A DNA stretch of 63,166 nucleotides, filler included, from Circinaria calcarea (taxonomy: Eukaryota): assembly GCA_051942165.1 (NCBI GenBank). It is 12 parts of 12 records of this genome, joined end to end, with 100 filler letters (N's around TTAATTAATTAA, not from the genome) between each part and the next. Parts side by side here need not be neighbours in the genome. Positions count along the whole stretch, not along the records: positions 10,570 to 15,750 come from JAVECS010002004.1; positions 15,851 to 21,029 come from JAVECS010002005.1; positions 21,130 to 26,303 come from JAVECS010002006.1; 9 more parts are not named here. One strand, written 5' to 3'. Of the stretch, positions 12,634 through 23,482 are shown in pieces. Under the pieces are notes generated by a model. It was not told the DNA's origin, did no database searches, and worked only from the letters and a program-made list of their open reading frames with translations. Numbering within the stretch: the first letter of the stretch is position 1; the number at the start of each line of letters is the position of its first letter. Made by a program: the position numbers and the translations under genes.

Positions 12634-14134
12634 AAACGTATGACTATACGAAAGGTGGTTCAAGGTTTATGCCGCCGCGATAACCTTCGCCTATACGAGT
12701 GTAGCATTCCATAACACCAATGACTGGCCTGAAGCGGAACGAGTTCATGAGTTTTAGGGTTCACCTCTGTCGGGTTATAAGGGGAGAAGATATCCTGCAG
12801 GGTCCCAACGGATCGTGTTTATGTTCATGCGGTCGCACATTCTTTCTTGCTTTGGATCGCTATTCCCTAGACGCATTGTCATATCCTTTCTAGACAGATC
12901 AATACTAAAGAAAATCATCCTGTCTAACACCATTCACCTCTTCTTGTTGTGATGTGTCGTCTTAATGAACTCCAGTATTAAACAAGCCTATGAAGACCAG
13001 TGTCATGACGTTCCACCGAATAAGTCAGATGTTTTGTGAAAGTCTACACCTGAAAATGGAAAGCCAGGCTAGAATAGTCTACTAAAAGGAGTTGAGAGTA
13101 GACGAGCTCGGTTCATATTACAAAGTTATATTGCTTTGTTTCTTCCCACGTGTCTAGAAGATACAACGCTATAAATTTAAGGAATTCTCATGCATATTCT
13201 TGCAAAGGGAAGAACTTCGAGATAGAAGAGGAGGGATAGGAGACTGAAAATGGGGAGAGAACATCAACAAGATTACAAGCATTGGACTGTGACTTACGGC
13301 GACCGAGTCGGCGAGACACCAACCTTCCATGCATGGGTCGAAGCGTTGTAATTAAGGCCCAGCAGACCGAGTGTCTTCCAATCACACCTTCCAGGACTGA
13401 TTACTCGACTGCCATCACTCAAGCGCCATCGTGCAACAAAGACAGTCTTGAGATGCCATGTCCTACCACGGACCACGGAGTACGGAGTACTGTAAGTGGG
13501 CTGCAAAATCAATCTTAGAAATTCAGTGACTTTTAATTTGTAGCATCGGTAGACAAGACGACGAGGAGCGCATCATGTTTCGTCTTATTCACTCCTGATT
13601 GTATGATCATTGCCAGCATCTGAGGTGGTACAAGATTGATGTAATCTCGCGTGTGTCGCATCGCGCGTCTGCAGCGGCTGAAGTACTTTGGCGGTTAGCC
13701 AGACATCACCTCATGATAGACACTGTAGGATGACCTTGCATGAGGCATTAGATACATTGATGATACTTATGTCTTGCAGAGACCTCTATCCAGCAACATA
13801 AACATAGATTATCATGCGGCCAAGGTGATTCAAGTAGAATAGGTAATACCGCGATATCTCCTTCAGTATTTATAAACGGTCGATTATCTTGCGAAGATAC
13901 TTAAAAGTACAAGTTGAAGCACCAATGCGATCATTCAAATAGTAGCCTGGAAAAATAACTCCAGTGCTCATAGCTTCTGCGGTTTGCGCTCAGAAGCGAA
14001 GTAAAGGGCCTGGGTCACCTGATAAAGTACGGCTCTGCTCCGTTTTTGAGGTTATATGACTTTACAAGACCTTATTTCTTGGGAATCGGCACAAATGGCT
14101 CAACATAAACTACCCCAAGTAGTATGGGGTCATA

Positions 14135-14216
14135 GCCGAAAGCATCGGTCCGCAGAGAGGGACAGATGAAGTTCTTCGATCTGTGAAGGTGGGGGTTCGA
14201 TTCCCCCGTGTCGGTT
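14135..14216 (+). pseudogene. Degenerate tRNA-Phe(GAA)-like element with intact T-arm/B-box
   Basis: GCCGAAA..TGTCGGT acceptor-like stem; ACAGAT-GAAG-ttcttcg-ATCTGT anticodon-arm-like; GGGGG-TTCGATT-CCCCC T-arm; followed by T-tracts. D-arm/A-box is non-canonical. Confidence 0.6.
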
Positions 14217-14224
14217 CCTCTTTC

Positions 14225-14254
14225 TTTTCCTTTTCCTTTTCCTTTTCCTTTTCC
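14225..14254 (+). repeat. (TTTTCC)5 tract, possible Pol III terminator run
   Basis: Lies immediately 3' of the tRNA-like element. Confidence 0.85.
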
Positions 14255-15543
14255 TTTTTGGATTTTTGGATTTTGGCATTGAACCCATGCTTTGGTGCTA
14301 GTGGCTTTTACTAATGGAGATCATCTGCTATAGGGGACAGCCGCTTCGTTAATTTAAATACTAAGTTACTTGGGCTTCTTGTGAGTGTAAGGGCTCTATC
14401 CGAGAACCCCTACGAACCCTACGGGTAAACTATATACCGAGGTCACGAGGTGTTAGCTTAGCGAGAAAGGTTTGCTTCGCGAAGCGTTACACCAGAATTC
14501 TTTAGCAATAATTCATACGTTTATGCGAACCCATTGAGCTCATTATCACACAATTTACCGACCCTTATCGTAAGATCATCATACTATTCGTAGAGGATCC
14601 TTACAGTGAGCTTAGAATTCAGAGCTACCATCTCCATTGACATTCCCATGATTCCGCTGCTCAGACTATCACAAGTCAGGAGATTAATCACATATTCTTA
14701 TAAATACTGTTACGGCAGTTATTATTCCGAGCCAACGCCTTTAATGTACTACAAGCTGGAGCTCCTCATGGACCACCGGGACTACCCGTTTATATTCCTT
14801 CTTGCAACGGGTCTCATGGCATCCTATTACCTCTATGATAAGCACAGAAGGGCCATAACCAGGGAACACTTCAATCATTAGCTACGAAAGTCCAACCATT
14901 TGATACTATTAACGGAAGGTCGTACAAGATCCTAGGCTTGTCCTATCCAATCAACGAGAGAAGAAGAAAACCTTCTTCCTAGTTCCTTGCGGACAAACTG
15001 AGTTAGGCAACATCTAACAATTCATTGCGTCCTCAATAGCACCGCATTGATATACCAGCGGCCATCACTCTCATGTATTGCACAATTCGAAGTGTTCAGC
15101 TAACTCAAAACCCTGGTTTGACTGCCTTGGCATAACTAGAGTAATTAACTGGTTGATTGGTTGGCAACGCTGGTTAGACATAGTGAAGATTTCTGGTGTC
15201 TTTTCTGTTGATTCTTGCCTCTGCCGGAGCAGTAAGCTGGTGACCGATTAGGCAATGCAATTCTAGGTAGTCAGTAAGATGCATAAAAGACATTGGCTAA
15301 ATGACACAGAAATAAGTTATGCACCTGATCTAAGTTCAAGGCCGAGTAGGCACTAGTTAGTGCCAGATATCGCTTACCGAAAGAAGTTAGCGCCGTTCGG
15401 GTAAACAAGCGATAAGATTGTCCGATTTTATGCTTCTCTCCCATAGTTGGCTAACTGAGGAACCTCTTCGTATTGGCAACTTCTCATTTGATGAAGAGGA
15501 CATTGAAGTCGAAAGATTTTATCATCCTCATGTGAAGCTCATC

Positions 15544-15750
15544 ATGAGCGAAGATTCCAAGATCAAGGAGTTTCCTGACATAGGCTCTAAGCTGACTGCT
15601 CCGACGAAAAAATCGGTCTTCGAACGGCAAAAGGCGGAAGCAGAAGCGAAGCGTGCAAGGGAACAACAAGAGACGGCAGCAGTATATGAGGACTTTGTGA
15701 AGTCGTTTGATGATGCGGATGATACTCTACCGTCAGCAAACAGTGAAAAA
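15544..15750 (+). CDS. U2 snRNP-associated SURP/RRM protein (SR140/U2SURP-like), N-terminus (3'-truncated)
   Basis: MSEDSKIKEFPDIGSKLTAPTKKSVFERQKAEAEAKRAREQQETAAVYEDFVKSFD matches the conserved N-terminus of fungal SR140-like proteins (recall). Confidence 0.7.
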
Positions 15751-15850
15751 NNNNNNNNNNNNNNNNNNNNNNNNNNNNNNNNNNNNNNNNNNNNTTAATT
15801 AATTAANNNNNNNNNNNNNNNNNNNNNNNNNNNNNNNNNNNNNNNNNNNN

Positions 15851-16021
15851 AGGGAGAGCCTGGGGACGGAGATTTTCACGAGTAAATGCGCGGCTGTCAA
15901 TGTTAATGTGCCGGGTGTGACGGACGAGGATGATTACAGGGAATGTCCTGTACCGGAGCAGCTTAAGACTGTGGTTAGGGATGGGGCGGTGGTGAGCGAG
16001 ATCGTGGAGCATGCTGGATAG
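15851..16021 (+). CDS. SRV2: Adenylyl cyclase-associated protein CAP/Srv2, C-terminus (not in ORF track)
   Basis: Manual translation: RESLGTEIFTSKCAAVNVNVPG..DDYRECPVPEQLKTVVRDGAVVSEIVEHAG*, the CAP C-terminal signature. Confidence 0.9.
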   Translation, partial: RESLGTEIFTSKCAAVNVNVPGVTDEDDYRECPVPEQLKTVVRDGAVVSEIVEHAG

Positions 16022-17140
16022 TGACGGAGGGGTACGGAGGGATTGAAAGTGGGTTTTGTATACAATTCAATATTCTAGACTAGTCAGTGGGTTTGATCAT
16101 TCGTGTATTGCAACAGATTTATTTTCAAATGAATCAAACAACCGGTACTGGAAAGGAAAGATGAATATTATCCAGTAGACTGAGCCCCAATTCAAGTACA
16201 CTGGAAGTGCATATTGGTGTATTATCACTAATCGACTCCCCCAAAATCTCAGATACTGTAGTTCGAACGAATGACTGTAGCTCACCTCACTGATGTTTTA
16301 CTATCATAATTCCCACCCTCGTATCCGAAAAAGAAGCAATTCGGTCCCCATTACCATAAAAGCATTCTCGATTTCCCTATCTTTCTCCCTAGCTCCCTTT
16401 CTACCAAATATTAATATCCCCTAGGTAAATGTTCTTCGTTAAAAGCCACATCGGAGATACCATAGCCATCGGAGATTACTAAATAGTAAAATGTGTGGTG
16501 TGCAGTGCTTTGTACTTGGTACCCTGTGGGGGTTCTATGCGGTACTTGTCCCTCCCAAACAAACCCTCCGAGAAAGATAGGTAATCAATTCGTTGGAAAA
16601 TTTCTGGGGTTATTATGTAAAAGTCCTTTCCGTATGGATGGTGTGCTTTACTGCATATTGAAAAATGGGTAAATGTGGCTTTTGGTTTTTTTTCAGATAC
16701 TCGAGGTGGAAATGAGATAAATGTAGGAATTTTGGGTGTTTGGTTTGCGAAATACCCAAGTCTCTTTTGACTCACTGGGAATTTTCTCCAAGGACTTATC
16801 TATCCCAGGTACGATGAATTTTTAACGGGGGAAATCTGAACATAATTCTCTGGCAGAGTAGTGCCGTATCGAATCTAAACATAGTCCCTCCAGGCCAATT
16901 CCAGATAGATATAATATACAAACGCCTTTGGTCTGATCTCGGCGTAATGCTCCTTCCTCCTCGTATACAATGGCTCTATCCTACATCTGCCAGATATTTC
17001 ACACCGCGCTCACCGACGCCATGCTTCAGATTCGAAAAAAGATGTGCTCGGAAGCCGAGTTTCAAACGCTATAGTCTTATCGAAAACCGGGCATCCAATG
17101 TTGTTTCTTCCGTAGCCCCCGACCGTCCAAGGAATTCGCC

Positions 17141-18880
17141 TTACGGTTTCCTCTCCCTAGATATCTTTCCCAAACTGCTCTGCTCCGACGTCTTCATCTC
17201 CTCTTCCGGCCGCCCACCGGGCAGCTCATTAGTGCGGATGTGTTTCATTCCGCTGACGATTTCAGCGACTGTACCCAAGCCTACCTTTTCCCTGCTTCCA
17301 TGCTCACTCGATAGTCGTGGCGATCCATCAAAATTGAGCGTTGCATCCAAAGGGACGCCATTCTGAGAATCGTCCGATCCATGCGTTTGCACGCCCGCCA
17401 GCTCGTCATCATCTTCGATGGTCTGCTCCAAACGTATATCCTCCAGACTGCTGGCTTTACTCATTGCTACGCTCCCTGGACTCTCAGCCTTCATTCCCAA
17501 CTCCTTCCTTGACTCCCCACTCCCTTTATTCGCCCCTTTCCAATCGGCCGGCTCCATCTCCGGCACTGGTTCCCCGGCCTTTGGTTCCGGGACAACCCTC
17601 GCTGACCCCTCTTCAGCATCCAGGACTCTCCACACGACAGCCAATCGATCCAGTGCTCGTGTGCCCTTTCGACTACTTCCCTTGATACCGTCCATGGCAT
17701 CCCAATGTATCTCAAATACTCCTGATGGGGAAGCTGAACCGGAATTCTCGGGGCCGAGTCCTTCGAAGTAGGCGTTGAACCAGACGTGAGCGACGGCGGT
17801 TACCATGGTCCAGCCATAGGTAGCGCGGTTGCGGCGCTCGAAGTCAATATTAATGTCGTTGGATGGGAGGACGACGCGGGTGGAGGGGCGGAAGATAACA
17901 GCTGGACCACCGACTTCAGAGCCAGCGTAGGAGGTAGGAAAAGATTTGGTCGTGTTGCTAATTTGGGATGTTGCTAGGTTTTCTTTCTCGTTGACTGGGT
18001 CTGTGGGCTCGGCAAAGTGTCCGTTGAAATGGGTCGTGTTGTCGACCAGTATCCGCTCCTGTTTGTCGAAGACATGGAAAGTTTTGATTGTCCGCCCTTC
18101 ATCGACGAACCCTTGTATGGAAACTTTGACGCCGTCTCGTAGCCCCCAAGCGTGCACTTCGAGAATCTCGACCTGTCTCTCCACGTACATCTTACCGTAC
18201 TTCGTCCACCGGTCCACATAGCTCACCCATCGCAATTGACTAGGTATACTAACACCGGCACCGAATCCCACCCTCATCCTTCGCTCCGTGAATCTACTGA
18301 GCGCGTCCTCGGCCTTCCACCCTTCTTCACTGATCAGGTAGCTACAAGCCACGGTCCCGCTTCTCCCTTTTCCAGCTTTGCAGTGTACTACCACCACCCT
18401 TCCGTCTGCTGCGGCATCAGGGTCCCTGAGCCAATTGCGCATACTAGCCATAATGTTTGGTATAATCGCGAACGGTGGGGGATGATGATCCGGCCATGGA
18501 TAATGCCGTATTCGACCATGGACTTCCGAATCGGGATAACCTGTGCCTTCTGCGCGGAACTCCCATATTGACCAGTGAGTTTTGTGTTTGTAGTCGAGGA
18601 ATTTGACGAGGGAGTCTGTAGGATTACGATATGCCCGCTGAGGGTAGGTCGAGGAGGGACCGGAGGTTACGATGACTAGGAAGGACGAATGTCAATTCCT
18701 GAATGAAGCAAAAAGGATCTAGACGCTCATACTATTTTCTGTTACGTAGCAGAGATCAAGGCCGGCTTCTGGATTACGTAGGCGAGGGCCGGCTACAATC
18801 TGGCGAAGTAAGGATGCCTGTGAAATCTAAATAAGTAGCTGATACTCGGCTCTGGTTGGACGGCGGGTTGCTAATACCAT
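17141..18880 (-). CDS. TEP1: PTEN-like phosphoinositide/dual-specificity phosphatase
   Basis: ATG 18880, introns 18818-18877 and 18676-18732, giving MASLLRQIVAGPR..LDLCYVTENIIV..YRNP..WPDHHPPPF..HCKAGKGRSG..GVSIPSQLRWV..HVWFNAYF. Confidence 0.9.
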
Positions 18881-19202
18881 AATACTGTCATGAATTTTGA
18901 TATGCGTACAGCATTATCAATCCAATCAACATTGGCGGTTATTTTTTTTGGGTCAATGAATGACAGCAACTAGAATACAGTCTTGCAGTTTCAAAACCTG
19001 TACTACTTATGCTAGTCATTCATGCAGGGAATTGCAATCGCGGTCAAGGCCCAAGCTCCCAGATAAGCTCGCCAAGAGATGCGGGATTTCCGTCATCTTG
19101 CAGCTCCCGGATGCGCTACCTGAGATCCAACCACTGAAGCTTGGGCCATCAGTTTGAGACCTGCATTCCCCAGAGTTCCTAAAGTTAACCGCGGCCACGA
19201 CA

Positions 19203-20087
19203 ATGACAAGGACTACGTCGTCAAGCCACTCCCTAAAGCCACTCCCAACACCACTTGCCATGTCACGCGCCCCTGCTGATCCCACTGCCTCCCCCATCCC
19301 TCATCTCGCATCGGCCTCTAAGGATGATAATGAGCAGCTCACCCGCCCACATCCCAAACCTAGCATGCCCACGCCAAAGTTACTTCTCAAGGTCACTGAT
19401 TTGACACATGAGGGCGCACGAGTGTTTTTCAAGACAACCGATCCTGCCACGGTTCTCTCCGATGCGGTGACGACGGTCCTCCAGACATTATACAATCCGC
19501 TCGAGAGCCAAAAGACCATCCCTGGAACGAGATCTATAACATTGATCCTACGACCTATGGACGGTGTTGCTTACACTCAAGGCTCGGATCTTGACGAGGA
19601 TCATAAAGAAATACACTTTTCCCTCGATTATATAGCCCAATATGCAACAGCCACATCGAAGCGTCAACAGGACGAAATCGCAGGGGTGCTTGTTCATGAA
19701 ATGGTGCATGCTTGGCAGTGGAACGCCCTTGGGACTGCACCTGGAGGTTTGGTAGAAGGGATAGCAGACTTTGTAAGACTTAGAGCAGGCCTCAGTCCGC
19801 CTCATTGGAAGAAAGAGGCAGGAGGCGATTGGGATGCAGGATATCAGCATACGGCCTATTTCTTGGAATGGATTGAAGGACAGTTTGGAAATGAATCCGT
19901 TATGAGGATCAACGAGAACTTAAGGGGGGGAAAGTACGTAGAGAGAAGTTTTTGGATCGGTCTGTTTGGGGAGACTGTTGAGAATTTGTGGATGAAATAC
20001 ACCAAAGAGCTTGAGAGCACAGCAGAACTGTCGGATGTGTCTAGCGTAACGAAGGTAGAATCGCGTGCCAGCGAACATGAAACCTGA
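19203..20087 (+). CDS. BSP/PBSP-family putative zinc metallopeptidase
   Basis: ILRPMDGVAYT..KEIHFSLDYI..GVLVHEMVHAWQWN..APGGLVEGIADFVRLRAGLSPPHW..WDAGYQHTAYFLEW (HExxH). Intronless; start may be 19203 or 19260. Confidence 0.88.
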   Translation: MTRTTSSSHSLKPLPTPLAMSRAPADPTASPIPHLASASKDDNEQLTRPHPKPSMPTPKLLLKVTDLTHEGARVFFKTTDPATVLSDAVTTVLQTLYNPLESQKTIPGTRSITLILRPMDGVAYTQGSDLDEDHKEIHFSLDYIAQYATATSKRQQDEIAGVLVHEMVHAWQWNALGTAPGGLVEGIADFVRLRAGLSPPHWKKEAGGDWDAGYQHTAYFLEWIEGQFGNESVMRINENLRGGKYVERSFWIGLFGETVENLWMKYTKELESTAELSDVSSVTKVESRASEHET

Positions 20088-20507
20088 TTGAAGGTAGACG
20101 GAATGAATTGAGTATCATTGGTGGTAGAAGCCTATGTTCCAAGGTACCCTGTCGTATCACGTGACACTGCCATTCAGGGGTCCAAGTGAAGCTAAAGTCA
20201 GATGACGAACTCGTAAAGTTTGTATCAAAGGTGAATGGACAGTAGATAAGCAGCGTTTCGGTAGAAAACGTCAAATTTAGGCAGAAGCAGACGGCTGAGC
20301 CCGGCGTACTACCATGGATTAGAATCAGGGGTGACAGGCGCGCTAAGCCTTGTAAACTACAACTTCGACAAAATCTCGAGGTTGTTGTTTTTGCACCTAC
20401 AAACTCCACGCGACAGCCCCACTTTCGACGACCATTCTGTGGTACCAATGTCAAAAGCGTTTAGGTTCGCGTTCGTTTGCAAAGTTTAAAGTAAGGCCCC
20501 TCAACTA

Positions 20508-20651
20508 CAAAAACCCCAGTTCCCTCTTCTCCAGAACAACCTTCTTCAACTTCACCAGAGAGACGTCTTTCTACTTTACCAGAGAGACATCTTTCTACCA
20601 TTCAAAAACCCCACTTCCCTCTTCACTAGAGAGGCTTCTTTCCACCATTCC
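20508..20651 (+). repeat. Interleaved imperfect direct repeats upstream of the Stu1-like ORF
   Basis: AAAAACCCCASTTCCCTCTTC x2 and C(C/T)AGAGAG..TCTTTC.AC x3. Confidence 0.7.
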
Positions 20652-20696
20652 AGCACTCTTAACAGCGAACTGTGAGCCACTGCTAATACCATCGCC

Positions 20697-21029
20697 ATGG
20701 CAGCTTCTCCGACTCGTGAAGTGAAGTGGGCCATCTTTGCTGCAGTTGTCCTCCTCATCTCAGCTGATCCCTTCACCTTGGCCTGTCTCCTCACTGCATC
20801 ATTCATCGGCTGGTTCATCTGGAATCGTAGCACCCTCCCTCAGGAGCTCTTCTTGCTCTTTGGAGACATCACCATGGATCAACTCGCCAGCAATGTCCTT
20901 GTCGTCATTGACAATACCAATGTATCCCTAGCCAACAAGCTCGACCTACTCAGCAGGCTCAAGGCTACAATCAAACACCAACATGTACCAGAAGTCGCAA
21001 TCCCGGCATCTTTCGACGTCGTTCGTATC
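20697..21029 (+). CDS. Stu1/CLASP-like N-terminus with in-frame hydrophobic leader (3'-truncated)
   Basis: From Met ~20874: MDQLASNVLVVIDNTNVSLANKLDLLSRLKATIKHQHVPEVAIPASFDVVRI resembles Pezizomycotina Stu1 N-termini (recall). The upstream in-frame gccATGg at 20697 adds 59 hydrophobic residues. Confidence 0.65.
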
Positions 21030-21893
21030 NNNNNNNNNNNNNNNNNNNNNNNNNNNNNNNNNNNNNNNNNNNNTTAATTAATTAANNNNNNNNNNNNNNN
21101 NNNNNNNNNNNNNNNNNNNNNNNNNNNNNGCCCGGGGCTGGGGGTGGTAGGGTAGGTTAGGTTAGGGGTAAGATGGTTGCAAGTCCCGGATCTTTAGCAA
21201 ATCAGTCGCAGCGTTTGCTTGCCTACCTAGCCTAGCCTAGCCTAGCCATTTTGGCAAAGGTAAAAAAACTGCGATTTGTTTTGGATCCCCCAGCTGGAGG
21301 GTTAGGATAGAGGAGGAGAAGGAGAAATTCGGGGTAAGGAGGGGCGTGTATGTAGGATTGGTGAAATTGGGGGTTTGGATTCGTATTAACATCGAGTTTG
21401 TGATTCTGAGCCATGTCACTGAGCCCTGAGATTCAGAGATCTTGAGTTGGGTGTGCGCACTTTTTGCACCTTGGAAGGAAAGATTCAGGTCAATGCCTTG
21501 CTGCTTGCTCCTTCTGTTTGACTTCACAAGACTTAACTTCCACGCTGGGTAAAAGGTTTAAGTCGATGCTTGCTACTTGCTCCTTTTCTTTCAAGTGGTA
21601 GAGCCGAGATAAACAGATTGCTCATGTGATCCCTGCTCTCTCCTTAGCACGGCCAGGGTTAATGAAGCTGCTATATCCCACGTGGGTGGATCCAATCGAG
21701 CTGCTGCGTGCTCTTCGATTTTCCCGATCAACCGAACGCCAAGCTATTGGGAATGAGGTGGCTGCAAATTTACATGCGTCAATGGTACGTATACAAGAAG
21801 CTTCAGCGTATTATTTTTGGAACGGGAATTCCCAGGACCGTTGGAATATTGTGCAGCTCAAGGGATTGAATCCCAAGGATTGGAAAAGACGAC

Positions 21894-23071
21894 TTAGTCT
21901 CCATTGGTCTCTTTTTCTTCGGGATCGCGAGCTCGATCGGTGAAAACACTATTCGACAGGTGAGCCAAAGAAATGGGGTCGTCACGTGGTTGCTATTGAC
22001 TTACAGGTGGCTTTCGTAGAACTTTAGCATCTATCAATCGTTTAGTTAGATTTGACCATGATTCGATCAAGTGCACCAAAGAGTAACGTACCCGCTGCGG
22101 GCATGCGATATAGACGGTGGACAGCTTCGCCTTTGAGGTGTGCCAGGAGCCTCTTTCGTCCTTTGCCGCCCAGACTAGATAGGCATACTTTTCGTCGCCT
22201 ATGCCCTCAATCGTCTCGATGCTCATAACATCGTTTTCCCATGCCCCTGGTGTGACAGGCGGTGGCATCCAGGCATCAGCAATGACTGGATCCTCATCGT
22301 CCTCGACCTCAACCTCCTCTTTCTTCTTTCGTCCCGGCCTTCCTCTCTTAGCGGGTGTTGTCGTCTTTTGTTTCTTCGAAGCAACATCGGGCGTGTCAGA
22401 GGTATCTGGCGCATCGGCTTCGGGTTTCGTAATGCTTTTGCGCCCGCGTTTCTTTGTAGATTTCACACCTGGTTCACCACCGATCTTATCCCAATACTCT
22501 TGGAGCAGTTCTCGCGCTCCCCTGTGGAGACGTTAGTCAAGTGAGCCTTGAACCTCGAGGGATTCCTAAGGGTTAAGGAAAAACGTAGATGATGTACTCA
22601 CTCTAAATTCTCCTTTACTTCCCAGGTGAGATCCGCCTTACTGTCGTAACCAAGCCACTTGATCTGATAACGTGGCACTTTCTTTGGTTCGACATGTCAG
22701 TCTTGTCTGAAAGGGCATTGAACTTCACAGAGACTATCTTACATCGTCCCATTCGAGGTTGTGACCAAGGATCTTCTCGACAGTGTAGCTACATTTTCTC
22801 TTCAGTTTCCATTGCACCCGAGTAGACCATCCTTACTTACACCTCTTCTTCTTCATCTTCGTCTTCATCTTCATCTGACGCCACACTTGCTTTGGCTTCC
22901 GCATCATCTTTAACTGCCTTGCCCGCTGTCTTCTTGCCTTTGGCATTACGTGGCGCGATCTCTATCTCCTCAGACGACGCTTCGCTCTCACTTAGTGCCG
23001 CTAAACACACCATATATGAACAAATTGCGCACTAACAGCTTCGGACCGTTTGGAGTTGACTTACGAGGCAT
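21894..23071 (-). CDS. hepA: Heterochromatin protein 1 (Swi6/HepA), chromo + chromoshadow domains, multi-intron
   Basis: ATG CCT C|GTAAGT; acidic tract; YTVEKILGH..YQIKWLGY..DLTWE..ENLE..ELLQEYW; basic hinge; WENDVMSIETIE..YLVW..YIACPQR|MLKFYESHL|VFTD..GD*. Confidence 0.92.
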
Positions 23072-23482
23072 CTCGTAGGAAGTTTGGCGATCTCAGTTGC
23101 TTTGCGATTAGAAAGTTCGAAGAAAGCTCGAGGCTGTCAATTCGAAGAAACTGAGCCAATTCGATAGTGAGCGTACCTATCAGCTGCGTGTTGGTGACTT
23201 GGGAAAATCTTAAGAATCACGCATTGCACGGAGTAGCGTCACCGCAATCAAAGTTCAGCCTTATCGACTTCAACGCGTCAAAACGAGACTAAGACAAATT
23301 AGGTTGCAAGTACAGGATTTAAATATCTTTGTGAAAATAACGGGCCTGTATCGTACCTTGACTGCAAAATTTCTGAGATTTCTATTTACTTTCCTTGCGA
23401 CAATTTACTTCCTTCCTCGTTCCCAGCTCATTATCCCACGGAGCCTGTGGTAAATCTCGTCTGAAGAGGCTGCTCTCCAAAG

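Noticed and set aside
21130..21175. Telomere-like GGTTAG repeats at the contig edge
   Set aside because: Irregular G-rich low-complexity tract, not tandem TTAGGG.
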